A stretch of 64,000 nucleotides of DNA from Candidatus Methanomethylicaceae archaeon (GTDB lineage: Archaea > Thermoproteota > Methanomethylicia > Methanomethylicales > Methanomethylicaceae): the NCBI GenBank assembly GCA_026414165.1, contig JAOAJN010000003.1, positions 579-64,578 on the forward strand, in the 5' to 3' direction. The notes beneath the pieces were generated by a model. That model ran no database searches. It saw only the letters and a list, made by a program, of their open reading frames with translations, and was not told the DNA's origin. Both the position numbers and the translations under genes were made by a program. This document shows positions 40,380 through 49,946 of this stretch, in pieces. Every line of letters starts with the position of its first letter. Positions within the stretch are counted from its first letter, which is position 1.

Positions 40380-41708
40380 TCATTTCATAGATCTTTCAAG
40401 TAGTTGCAGGATGTCTCCGATCTCAAGACCGAATTTTCCAGATTCTTCGTTGCGTCTAAGATTTAGCACACAGAAAGGACAAGCGCTGGATACATATGAT
40501 GCGCCCACCAGTTTCGCTTCCTTGAGTCTTTCCGTGGCTGCAAAATTGGCAAGCTCAGGGTAGGCAGACATTACGCCCGCACCCGCACCACAACACCATG
40601 CATGGTGCGCAGTCCTCTCAAATTCTACAAACTTTAACTCCGGTATGTTAGAGAGGATATCTCTGGGCTCATCGAACACTCCGACATGGCGACCCAAGTG
40701 GCACGGATCGTGGTATGTTACCACTTTATCGGTAGCTCTGCTCTTTGGTTTAAGCCTGCCGCTACTCAAGTACTCGCTGAATAGTTGTGAAGAGTGCAAT
40801 ACCTCAAATGAGGGCTTAGAACCACCGAACTTTCTGTATCCTTCGTGAAACTGTCGGAAGCAGCCAGCGCAAGAAGTTATCAGTCGCGTTATTCCGAGGT
40901 CTTCTATTTTGGCGATGTTGTGTTCATATGTCTCCTTAGCCTCTTCCCATAGACCAGTCATGTATAAAGGAGAACCGCAGCACCACTCGTCCCCCCCGAG
41001 TATTGTAAAGTCAGCGTTGGCTGCCGAAAGAAGAGAGACTGTGGCCTCACAAACATCCGGAGTTCTGTATGGACCCGTGCATCCTGCGAAGTACAAAATC
41101 TCTGCACCCTTCTTCTGGGGGGCCACGCTCTTCTTCAACCAAGCAAATCTTTTCTCTGGCGGTTCAGCGTAGGGGTTGTGGTACTCTTTTATATAGTTTG
41201 CAAACTTCTTGTGTGCGGCAGGGGGCGCTATGCCCATCTTAACGAAGGTCCTTCTGAGAGCCATTACGGATACTACTGGGTCGCTCCCAATTCCCATACT
41301 GCACTGCAAAGTGCAGTTTCCGCAAAGGTTGCAGAAGTATGCAACATCCACGAGTTCTGGCGTCGGCTTTATGAAGCCCTGCAAAAGACCCAAAACAGTC
41401 ATATGCTTCCCTTGTCCTCTGTACGCCGCCTGCCTGTAGTGTGCAGGGTATGTGGCAGTTGGGCAGTTCATAGCCCAATTCGCCATTGAGGACATTTCAC
41501 ACTGCCCACAGACCCAGCATCGGACAGCCTCAAATTTGGCTGCTGCGAGATCCGGGTACTCGTTATCCTTGGGGAAGGCTATATTCACCCATTCACGAGG
41601 CGTTTTATCCAGACTGGCGTGTGTTATGAACGGTACAAATTCTATGTTTTTATATATTAAGGGTATTTTTCTCTCTACCTCAGTCACTTGAACCACCCAC
41701 CTACCCAT
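40380..41708 (-). CDS. HdrD/GlpC-like Fe-S oxidoreductase with two CCG domains
   Basis: Two 4Fe-4S motifs; FAGC/CCGSP/SCAGC and HDPCHLGR/CCGAG/ACPFC. Confidence 0.88.
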   Translation of the reverse strand: MGRWVVQVTEVERKIPLIYKNIEFVPFITHASLDKTPREWVNIAFPKDNEYPDLAAAKFEAVRCWVCGQCEMSSMANWAMNCPTATYPAHYRQAAYRGQGKHMTVLGLLQGFIKPTPELVDVAYFCNLCGNCTLQCSMGIGSDPVVSVMALRRTFVKMGIAPPAAHKKFANYIKEYHNPYAEPPEKRFAWLKKSVAPQKKGAEILYFAGCTGPYRTPDVCEATVSLLSAANADFTILGGDEWCCGSPLYMTGLWEEAKETYEHNIAKIEDLGITRLITSCAGCFRQFHEGYRKFGGSKPSFEVLHSSQLFSEYLSSGRLKPKSRATDKVVTYHDPCHLGRHVGVFDEPRDILSNIPELKFVEFERTAHHAWCCGAGAGVMSAYPELANFAATERLKEAKLVGASYVSSACPFCVLNLRRNEESGKFGLEIGDILQLLERSMK

Positions 41709-43266
41709 ACTCGAAGGGTATGTTGAACCCTAGCCATGGAGCCATAATATTGTTTGGATCAACGGCACGTTTGATCCTCTGATATAGTTCAAAGAAGCCA
41801 GGGTCCATGTGCTGCGAAACCACTTTTGCACCAAGACCGAAGCACCTTGCAGGAACGAATCCGCCCTCACGTATGACCCTTGGGATGACCTCCCCGAAGA
41901 ATGCGGCATATTTCTTAACACCCTCGCCGTCGCCACGCTCGATTGGGACCATGTACCTCACATGGGAAACCCTTCCCTCGTTTATAGGTATCACATGTAG
42001 TGCTGGAACAAGTCCGTGCTTTCTGCCAACGCTCCAAGTTATATCATGAAGTTTGGGAAGGGCGCTGTTTCCCACGCTTCCGTAGAAGCTCCATATATGC
42101 CCTGGGACCCAACCGCAGTACCTTATGCGCTGGTTACCAGGTTCGCCTTCGCCTATGCCACCGTACATTTTTATTGATGCTTCTATCTCCCCGAACTTTA
42201 TGCCCGGGCAGTTATCAGGAGTCAACTCAGTAACCTCAGGGTGCGATGAGAGGTAGGCAGACCAGTATTTCTCCCAGAGCTTAGCCTCGTCCTCTGACTG
42301 GTAGTGTGGGGTGCAAGCGAGCATGTAGAAATACTGCGTACCTTCGCCTGGGAAGCCATAGTATTCCCGCATTTTGACTATATCATCATCAGTCAAGTCG
42401 TAGAGCTTCTTTTTCTGGTCGAAGCCCCAATACGGCGCTATATTAGTCCCGTGAAGTACAAATAGTAACCAGTGACCTCCTGAGGTATTAGGTGCCAATT
42501 TTGTATACATAACCTTTGAAAGATTCTTTGCTAGCTCATCACACTTTTTAATTCCCAGAAACTTGACGGTCAGTGCTTTTGGTTTTGGCCATAGTTTTAT
42601 CGCTGCCTTTGTGACTACCCCAAGGGTACCAAGCGCTCCGACAAAGATCCTAGTCAGTTGTGGACCAAAGCCCAGATCAAATGTGTATTTACATGAAGAT
42701 ATGGGTAAACTCCAAGACCCAGTATGTGCAATCTCTCCAGTGGGCAGGACTGCCTCCAGTGCCATTATTGCTTCTTGATTTCCATCACTTACCGAAGTCA
42801 TATTCATGCCTATGCCCTTAAACAGGAAGTTGGCAACTATGGAGGTGTTCGGAGGGGCAGTAGTGGTCGGAATTACTAGATCGATATTCTTCGAACGCAA
42901 ATATCTGTAGAACTGATTGAAGGTTACACCTGCATCTATAACGGCATATCCTTCCTCAACATTAACCTCATGGATTCTGTTCATTCTAACTGTTTGGAGC
43001 AGTATGCCGCTGTAACAGGGGAGTTTGTAGGAGTACGCACTAGCCACATGCACAGGTACCTTATATCGGTTTGCCATAAGGATAATGTCTTGAACCTCGA
43101 ATTCATTTGCAGGTCTTACGATGTAGTCGGGCATCTTTGGCGGTTTGCCCGGAAATATTTGGAGCCAAGCATCATATACCTCTGCGAAGATTCTGCCTGG
43201 ATCAGATATCACGTTTGCAGGACCAACGATAGCCTCTAACTCCTTAAGAACCAATTCGTTTGGCAT
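41701..43266 (-). CDS. FAD-binding oxidoreductase, GlcD/Dld-like
   Basis: PDYIVRP, RMNRI..V, AGVT, EAVLPTGE, GTLGVVTK, IKRAVDPNNIM. Confidence 0.85.
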   Translation of the reverse strand: MPNELVLKELEAIVGPANVISDPGRIFAEVYDAWLQIFPGKPPKMPDYIVRPANEFEVQDIILMANRYKVPVHVASAYSYKLPCYSGILLQTVRMNRIHEVNVEEGYAVIDAGVTFNQFYRYLRSKNIDLVIPTTTAPPNTSIVANFLFKGIGMNMTSVSDGNQEAIMALEAVLPTGEIAHTGSWSLPISSCKYTFDLGFGPQLTRIFVGALGTLGVVTKAAIKLWPKPKALTVKFLGIKKCDELAKNLSKVMYTKLAPNTSGGHWLLFVLHGTNIAPYWGFDQKKKLYDLTDDDIVKMREYYGFPGEGTQYFYMLACTPHYQSEDEAKLWEKYWSAYLSSHPEVTELTPDNCPGIKFGEIEASIKMYGGIGEGEPGNQRIRYCGWVPGHIWSFYGSVGNSALPKLHDITWSVGRKHGLVPALHVIPINEGRVSHVRYMVPIERGDGEGVKKYAAFFGEVIPRVIREGGFVPARCFGLGAKVVSQHMDPGFFELYQRIKRAVDPNNIMAPWLGFNIPFEYG

Positions 43267-43417
43267 TAAGATCGCCGTCCTATCCAATAGTTTAATATTT
43301 CTTTTTATAAATAACACTTACCATTTACTAATTATATTATTACATTATTTTTGGATTTTAAGAGGTAAGAAAACATTAAATACTGAACTAGCATATCTTT
43401 TGAACATATTTAAGGTG

Positions 43418-44308
43418 ATGAAGTTGGAGGAACAGTTGGTTTACATAGATGGAAGTTTCTTTCCAAGGTCTAAGGCTTTTGTCTCGGTGTTCGACCATGG
43501 TTTCTTGTATGGAGATGGCGTATTTGAGGGAATAAGGGCATACAACGGATACGTCTTCAAACTGAAGGAGCATATTGACAGACTTTACGCATCGGCGCAC
43601 ACACTAAAGTTGAATATACCCATGACAAAGGAAGAGCTCTCTAGGGCAGTCGTGGAGACCCTTAAGAAGAACTCTCTGAAGGAGGGGTATGTGAGGCTCA
43701 TTGTAACGAGAGGCGAAGGAGATCTGGGACTCGACCCGAGGAAGTGTAAAAAACCCAGCGTCATAATCATTGCAGGTAGCATAGCGCTACTTCCGAAGGA
43801 AGTGTGCGAGAAGGGCATAAGAGCCATAATCAGCTGGGTCAGAAGAGATCCCATAGATGCAACTTCGCATGAAGTAAAGTCCTTAAATTATTTGAATAGC
43901 ATATTGGCAAAGCTCGAGGCAAACACCTACAACGCCGATGAAGCGATATTGCTGACCCCAAGTGGTTACGTCTGTGAGGGGACCGCAGAGAACATATTCT
44001 TAGTCAAAAATGGCGAGATCCTAACACCACCGACCTACACCGGAGCACTCCCAGGCATAACACGACAAGTAATCATGGAGATAGCAAAGAAGAATGGGCT
44101 TAAAATCAATGAGAGGTTAATCACGGTTCACGAATTATTCAACGCTGATGAGATATTCTTTACTGGCACTGGTGCCGAGATAATACCCGTAGTGGAAGTA
44201 AATGGTAGGACCATAGGGGACGGGAAGCCAGGGAAGATCACTCATCTCATTAGGGAAGAGTTTCAGAAGTACACCGCCGATCCTTCGAATGGTGTTCCCA
44301 TAATCTAA
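43418..44308 (+). CDS. ilvE: Branched-chain amino acid aminotransferase
   Basis: DHGFLYGDGVFEG, KSLNYL, EGTAENIF, LPGITR, TGTGAE; true start 43418 or 43424. Confidence 0.95.
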   Translation: MKLEEQLVYIDGSFFPRSKAFVSVFDHGFLYGDGVFEGIRAYNGYVFKLKEHIDRLYASAHTLKLNIPMTKEELSRAVVETLKKNSLKEGYVRLIVTRGEGDLGLDPRKCKKPSVIIIAGSIALLPKEVCEKGIRAIISWVRRDPIDATSHEVKSLNYLNSILAKLEANTYNADEAILLTPSGYVCEGTAENIFLVKNGEILTPPTYTGALPGITRQVIMEIAKKNGLKINERLITVHELFNADEIFFTGTGAEIIPVVEVNGRTIGDGKPGKITHLIREEFQKYTADPSNGVPII

Positions 44309-44313
44309 ATCAG

Positions 44314-44871
44314 CTAAGCCTTCCACCAGTCAAACATATAGTAAATAACCTTTTTTTGGACCTCGTCAAAGGTTGCAAGGACGAACTTTTTTCTGACAGT
44401 ATGGGAAAGTCTGCCCGCCCGGACGATCTCTATAGGGTCAATCTCTGCAGAATTGGGCAAGACATGTATTATGAACGGGGCGTGATCTATGCCAGGACCG
44501 TACTGGTATACGGCAAAGTCGGCACCAAATTTCAGAGCAGGTCTCACGACGTAGCCTTTATCCCTTAGATCTTTGTATACAGCATAGAGCTCATTAAAGA
44601 GGCGATATTGTTTCTTTGATAATCTTAAAAGCTGTTCTCTGGTGAGGATCTTTTTGCCCATTTTTACCTTTATTAGTCCCTTCTCTAGGAGATAATTTGC
44701 CTCGAGTAATGAGAGTTCGAGATAGCTGTTAATCTCCGATGCGTCTTTTGGTTTGGAAACATTTATGGGTTTGCCATAAAAGCCAGACCTGTAGAGTTTG
44801 CCGCTGTCTTCCTTGGACCAAACCAATACCCTAGAGCCGTGAAGACTGGCTTCGACTTGGTTGCTATCCAT
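44314..44871 (-). CDS. endA: tRNA-intron endonuclease, catalytic subunit
   Basis: LSLLEA.YL, VYKDLRDKGY, KFGADF.VY..GP..DHAPF, GRLSHTVRK (Tyr/His/Lys triad). Confidence 0.92.
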   Translation of the reverse strand: MDSNQVEASLHGSRVLVWSKEDSGKLYRSGFYGKPINVSKPKDASEINSYLELSLLEANYLLEKGLIKVKMGKKILTREQLLRLSKKQYRLFNELYAVYKDLRDKGYVVRPALKFGADFAVYQYGPGIDHAPFIIHVLPNSAEIDPIEIVRAGRLSHTVRKKFVLATFDEVQKKVIYYMFDWWKA

Positions 44872-44956
44872 ATCTAGTACCCCAAATTTTAAAAAGGTAA
44901 GTTTTTAAAAGAACTTAGATTTGCCCAATTCATAAACTTTGTTAAAGTGAAGGACT

Positions 44957-46036
44957 TTGAGGAGACTTCCAATCAGTCTGACAAGCATCATGTTGATAGT
45001 CGGAGCCGTGATATTCATAATCTACCTCTATTTCGCAGATGTTACAGAGATCGCAGCGACTATTATGAGCCTAGATCTCAAGATCGCATTAACAGCAATA
45101 CTCATAGACTTGACATGTATAGGGTTATTTGTCCTCGGATGGTACGTTTTGCTGAAAAATCCAAGAATGAGCTTCAAGGAATGCTTTGAGATCGTTCTAG
45201 TCAGCATATTTGGAGATTTGATGATACCGACGGCCTCAATATCAGGGGAATTTTTCAGGGTGAGCCTAGCCGTTAAAAGGGGTAAAATACAAATCAGTGA
45301 GGCAACTGCGAGTGTTCTCCTCCATAGAATTTTGCTCGCTCTAACTTTTGGTGTTGTGTTACTGGTTAGTGTAATTAATTTAGCAGGATATCAGATCGCA
45401 CCTATTGCAGAGATCTACGCACTTGGGGCAATAGCTATTTTGGATCTGGTTTTGGGTATGGCTTCGATGTATATAGCTCTAAGAGCGCATCTCTTCGAAA
45501 AGAGTGTTGAGAAATTGGCCCTAAGAATTGGAGGGTTCTTGAGGCATTTCAGACCAAACTACGACCCTGATAGGTTGAGGGGCAACGTCTTGGAAGGTTT
45601 CAGAACTTTTGTCCAAGCAATAAAGAGTGTGAAGATGAAGACTTTTGTCGTATCTTTTTTGGTTCTAACTTTAAGGTGGTTTCTTATCGCGATGATACCT
45701 TACATTATGTTTATTTCTCTAGGTCGATCAGTGTCGTACTGGATCGTTCTTGGGGTGGCAGTCTTTGTCAGCATGGTTCAGATGATACCTATTGGGATAC
45801 CTGGCATGGTGGGGGTAATGGAGGTCTCCATGACAGCATTCTTCATGGGGTTTGGTATCCCTCCAGCACTTGCAGCCTCCGCGACAATACTAACTAGACT
45901 TGTCATCTTCTGGTTTGAGCTCGTAATAAGCGCCTTTGCTGCATCTTTGCAGGGGCTTAGGGGGCTCAGGATAAGTTATAAAACGAGAAATAATTCAGGC
46001 CACTCTGTGCAAGGCCAGAACTCTAAGGTCGTCTGA
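44957..46036 (+). CDS. UPF0104 flippase-like (lysylphosphatidylglycerol synthase TM) protein
   Basis: P.ASISGE, PIGIPGMVGVME, TRLVIFW. Confidence 0.85.
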   Translation: MRRLPISLTSIMLIVGAVIFIIYLYFADVTEIAATIMSLDLKIALTAILIDLTCIGLFVLGWYVLLKNPRMSFKECFEIVLVSIFGDLMIPTASISGEFFRVSLAVKRGKIQISEATASVLLHRILLALTFGVVLLVSVINLAGYQIAPIAEIYALGAIAILDLVLGMASMYIALRAHLFEKSVEKLALRIGGFLRHFRPNYDPDRLRGNVLEGFRTFVQAIKSVKMKTFVVSFLVLTLRWFLIAMIPYIMFISLGRSVSYWIVLGVAVFVSMVQMIPIGIPGMVGVMEVSMTAFFMGFGIPPALAASATILTRLVIFWFELVISAFAASLQGLRGLRISYKTRNNSGHSVQGQNSKVV

Positions 46037-46687
46037 TGCGTCCTCTATCAAGTCAGCCATATCCTCCAAGAGGCGCAGCAGGTCTCTGTATATCAATAGT
46101 TGTTCGATCTTTTTGACTTCCATTAGCAACTTGAAGTCCGCGTCGTAATATGAGCTGTCAACCTTCGATTCTGCCTCATGTACGCTGACTACAAGCCCTA
46201 TTGTCCGCTTCGGGTTCGATGGAAGGACCATTATTGCATCCCTTAAACGCTCGTATTCGGTCAACACTTCGCTCGAAACTCTTTCAAATAGTTCTCCGAC
46301 AACTGGACTCGGCACCCATCCGCTATCAGAAATTCTACTGAGCTGTCTAGATACGGACTGTGCCAATTCGGCTACTTCGTCTACACAGATAATTAGTCTA
46401 ATGAAGTCCTCCCTGTAGAGGAAGGCTGGAGCACTCTTCGTTAACTGCTCTATCAGCTCTCGCTTTATCTTGTCAGCGTCCTCCTCGACTGCAGAGATCT
46501 TCTCATAGATACTCTTCAATTCCGAGCGCTGCGAAGCTTTGAACTTTGAGAATGACTCCACCATCAAACGTACGGAGTCTTGTACTTTTCGGGCATGCTC
46601 AGTTATCAGATCGAGAGATTTGCGGTACACCTCATTTCCGAGGGTGTTGAGATCTTCTTGAGGGATTGTCAAAGTGGCACGCTCCAA
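45995..46687 (-). CDS. DUF47 (PhoU-like) phosphate transport regulator
   Basis: EEDADKIKR, REDF..L...DE, E..VD, LEDMADLIED. Confidence 0.85.
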   Translation of the reverse strand: MERATLTIPQEDLNTLGNEVYRKSLDLITEHARKVQDSVRLMVESFSKFKASQRSELKSIYEKISAVEEDADKIKRELIEQLTKSAPAFLYREDFIRLIICVDEVAELAQSVSRQLSRISDSGWVPSPVVGELFERVSSEVLTEYERLRDAIMVLPSNPKRTIGLVVSVHEAESKVDSSYYDADFKLLMEVKKIEQLLIYRDLLRLLEDMADLIEDASDDLRVLALHRVA

Positions 46688-46849
46688 TCATGGTTCTAAA
46701 ACGAAATGGGTTTTATAAATATTTGCAGATAGTCATCTATAAGTAATATAAGAATGGCGTGATTTTAAAATTATTTATTAAATTTTATTAAATATCATAA
46801 ATTCAAGAGAAATTATTTAAATATTTGTGGCAAATAAGTTTGGGGGTCT

Positions 46850-47764
46850 ATGGAAAAATACGATGTGGTTATAATAGGCGGAGGTCCTGCCGGACTCGCA
46901 GCTGCCATTTATTCATCAAGGGCAGGCGTCAGCACTCTGCTAATTGAGGGGAATATGCTCGGAGGGAGGGCAATATATGCCCGAGAGATTGATAACTATC
47001 CAGGATTTCCTGATGGTATTTCGGGGAATGAACTCGTACTTAGACTTCTCAAACATGCTGAAAAATTTGGTACTAAAATATTAGTTGGTCAAAGTGTAAT
47101 GGATATGTGGCTGAGTGGTAAGGTAAAGATCATAAAGACGATCAATAGCGAGTTTAAGTCAAAATCTGTTATAATCGCAACAGGACTTGCACAAAAAAAA
47201 CTGGGAATTCCATTGGAGGACAAGTTTGTTGGCAGGGGGTTATCTTATTGTGCAACCTGCGATGGCTTCTTTTTTAGGGGTAAAAAGGTTGCAGTTATTG
47301 GATCCGACGAAGATGCGCTCTACGATCTTAAGTACCTTTCATTAATGACCAAAGATCTAATATGGATCCCAAATGTTCTGCAGTGTGATAAGGAAAAGTT
47401 AGACTACGCAAAAGAATTAGGCGTTGAAGTACTAGAGGGCGTTAATGTAACGGAATTGTTGGGCGAGAATAGGCTCACTGGGATTAAAATTAAAGATAGA
47501 AGTGGAAAAGAAAGAGTTGTAAACTTGGATGGACTTTTTGTGGCTTTAGGCTTCACCCCTATCTCGGATCTGGCGAGGAGTACAGGTCTGAAGACCACTC
47601 AGGAGGGATACATTCTTGTCAATGAGGATATGAAGACCAACTTCGATGGAGTCTACGCGGCAGGAGATTGTACAGGAAGGAGCCACCAGATAATCGTAGC
47701 AGTTGGTCAAGGTGCTACTGCAGGCATAAATTCTTCCGACTATGCAAAGAGTATAGAATTCTAA
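46850..47764 (+). CDS. trxB: Thioredoxin-disulfide reductase
   Basis: GGGPAG, YCATCDG, GVYAAGD. Confidence 0.92.
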   Translation: MEKYDVVIIGGGPAGLAAAIYSSRAGVSTLLIEGNMLGGRAIYAREIDNYPGFPDGISGNELVLRLLKHAEKFGTKILVGQSVMDMWLSGKVKIIKTINSEFKSKSVIIATGLAQKKLGIPLEDKFVGRGLSYCATCDGFFFRGKKVAVIGSDEDALYDLKYLSLMTKDLIWIPNVLQCDKEKLDYAKELGVEVLEGVNVTELLGENRLTGIKIKDRSGKERVVNLDGLFVALGFTPISDLARSTGLKTTQEGYILVNEDMKTNFDGVYAAGDCTGRSHQIIVAVGQGATAGINSSDYAKSIEF

Positions 47765-47822
47765 GCGGCTCCTTCCGGTCTAAGATTTATTGTTAAAAAA
47801 GATAGTCAAAATAAATTTAGCG

Positions 47823-48092
47823 CTAGATCCTCGCTGCTCGGACGGTAGCTATGGAGTTGTCGGAAAGCCCAGCCGCCTTCATCTCATCAGAATTTATCCA
47901 AACCTCATTCTCCGGTATATCAGAGGAGGGGGATGCGATTAGCTCTAATTTTTTCTTTCCGGCGACCACGACCTCTATTTTTCCAGAGATCCTCAGGTAC
48001 TTGTAAGTAACTTCGTTCATTTTTGAGGTTCCCCGCTCTATACTTTCATTCCTTCTGAGGCGCAGCCTCTTCTCAGGAGGTCTTTGGGACAC
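47823..48092 (-). CDS. Small stand-alone double-psi beta-barrel (CDC48_N-like) protein
   Basis: Two pseudo-repeated halves (LRLRRNESIERGTSKMN / LIASPSSDIPENEVWIN); GTG start after GGTGA. Confidence 0.6.
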   Translation of the reverse strand: MSQRPPEKRLRLRRNESIERGTSKMNEVTYKYLRISGKIEVVVAGKKKLELIASPSSDIPENEVWINSDEMKAAGLSDNSIATVRAARI

Positions 48093-48155
48093 AATATCAC
48101 CACACAAGAGTTTATAGAACGCATTATTATAATTGACTGTACTGTTTTTAATTGA

Positions 48156-49874
48156 TTATGATGGATTACATGTTTTTGGGAAGTGGGCCCTTAGGTAATC
48201 TACAAGGTTGCTTATTGGAACCCTGACTTGATCCCATGTATCGCGGTCCCTTAAGGTAACAGTTCCATCTTCCATAGTTTTGTGGTCAATTGTGACGGCT
48301 AGAGGAGTCCCTATCTCATCGGATCTGGCATAACGCCTTCCTATGGATCCTGTATCGTCAAAATCAGCGAGGTATCCCTCAGATTTTATTAACTTGTAGA
48401 CCTCAAGCGATTTTTCGCGAAGACCGTCCTTATTAACAAGGGGAAAGACAGAGACCTGTATAGGTGCGATTCCCTTGGGTAATGCAAGGACAACCCTTCC
48501 ATCCCTCTCCCTATAAGCATACTCCATTGATACATAAACAAGCCTATCGGCACCAAATGAGGGCTCTGCAACATGTGGAACGAAACGTCTGCCAGTAATC
48601 ATGCGCTCCTCCTCAACGAATTCGACAAACTCAGGTCTTACCTCTACGCCATTGATCGAGGTTGTACCCTTGGACAGCAAGTCCTTCAGGTATAAAACAT
48701 CGGCAGCTTTTATCGTAGATAGGACCTTGCCTGTCTCCCTACCACATTTACTAGTAATGATGTCTACTTTTGGACGCGCGAGCAGAACCTTCTCCTTCAA
48801 AGGCTCATCAAACTTTTTGAAGACCATCAGATCCTGACCGCTGAAGCTTTGATGGCGGGATAGATCATAGTCTGTGCGGTATGCATGTCCAGAGACTTCA
48901 ACCCAGCCCCACCTCTCGAGCTTCACAAGTTGGTCAAATGTCTGTGCCGAATAGTGAGCACGCTCATTCTCCAGTTTTGCAATGAACATTTGGTTCTCTT
49001 TAGGTACGCCGAGATCCGATATAAAATCGGTCGAAAGTGCCATGAAATAGGCTTGCCACTCTGATAGTATAATCTTGTCTTTAACAGCTTCTCTTACAGT
49101 CACCTCGATCGGTTCGGGCGCTCCACTTGAGACCATACTTTCTGTTAGAAGGCGAATTTTTTTGTTGGCAACTTCGTTCAGCAGGTCACAATCTGGTGAC
49201 TTCGGATCAAAGAAGAACTCAATTTCCATTATTGTAAACTCCCTGAGTCGGATGGGCCCCTGTCTCGGAGATATTTCATTCCGCAGCACTTTCCCTATCT
49301 GTGCTAGACCGATTGGCAGCCTCTCTCGCATTGTGTTGTAAATGTTTTTGAAGTTTACGAACATTCCCTGTGCGGCTTCGGGGCGCATATAGGCAACGTT
49401 TTCCGCGTATGGACCTATGTAGGTCTTGAAGAGTAAATTGAATGTAGTTACTTGACCAAGCGAACCCTTACATTCGGGGCATCGCAAATTCTTCTCCTTG
49501 ATTATCTCGTCAAGTTCTCTTGGAGTTTTGCCCTCTATGCCTTGCACCTCGCCCAGTTGATCTACGATCAGATGATCTGCTCGAAACCTTTTGTGGCATG
49601 AGAGGCACTCCACTATTAGGTCCGTGAAGTGGTCTACATGGCCTGAGGCCTCAAATACTTTTGAGGGCATAACCACGGGGGTCTCTATCTCATATACGAG
49701 ACCATGGTGGCGATGTATGAACGTCTCCCTCCATTTCTTCTCGATATTTCTCTTTAGGAGTGTTCCCATGGGTCCAAAATCTAGAAAGCCAGCAACCCCC
49801 CCGTAGATTTCACAAGAGGGCGAAAAGAAACCTCTCCTTTTAGCAAGGTCCATAACTTTGTCGTATTTGTCCAT
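48156..49874 (-). CDS. glyS: Glycine--tRNA ligase (archaeal/eukaryotic type)
   Basis: RRGF, SGHVDHF.D, RPEAAQG, RNEISPRQG..R.REF, EPSFG, IGRRYAR.DEIG. Confidence 0.97.
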   Translation of the reverse strand: MDKYDKVMDLAKRRGFFSPSCEIYGGVAGFLDFGPMGTLLKRNIEKKWRETFIHRHHGLVYEIETPVVMPSKVFEASGHVDHFTDLIVECLSCHKRFRADHLIVDQLGEVQGIEGKTPRELDEIIKEKNLRCPECKGSLGQVTTFNLLFKTYIGPYAENVAYMRPEAAQGMFVNFKNIYNTMRERLPIGLAQIGKVLRNEISPRQGPIRLREFTIMEIEFFFDPKSPDCDLLNEVANKKIRLLTESMVSSGAPEPIEVTVREAVKDKIILSEWQAYFMALSTDFISDLGVPKENQMFIAKLENERAHYSAQTFDQLVKLERWGWVEVSGHAYRTDYDLSRHQSFSGQDLMVFKKFDEPLKEKVLLARPKVDIITSKCGRETGKVLSTIKAADVLYLKDLLSKGTTSINGVEVRPEFVEFVEEERMITGRRFVPHVAEPSFGADRLVYVSMEYAYRERDGRVVLALPKGIAPIQVSVFPLVNKDGLREKSLEVYKLIKSEGYLADFDDTGSIGRRYARSDEIGTPLAVTIDHKTMEDGTVTLRDRDTWDQVRVPISNLVDYLRAHFPKTCNPS

Positions 49875-49946
49875 ATGAATACCTCTGTGAGGTAGATTCA
49901 AGTAGTTGTTTAATGAAATAAATATATCTTGTTGTGGTGTATTAGG

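Noticed and set aside
43145-43417. Apparent N-terminal extension of IlvE; similar extensions on mtaA (28376), corrinoid (35581) and thioredoxin (17879)
   Set aside because: Artefacts of longest-ORF calling; internal starts with RBS match family N-termini
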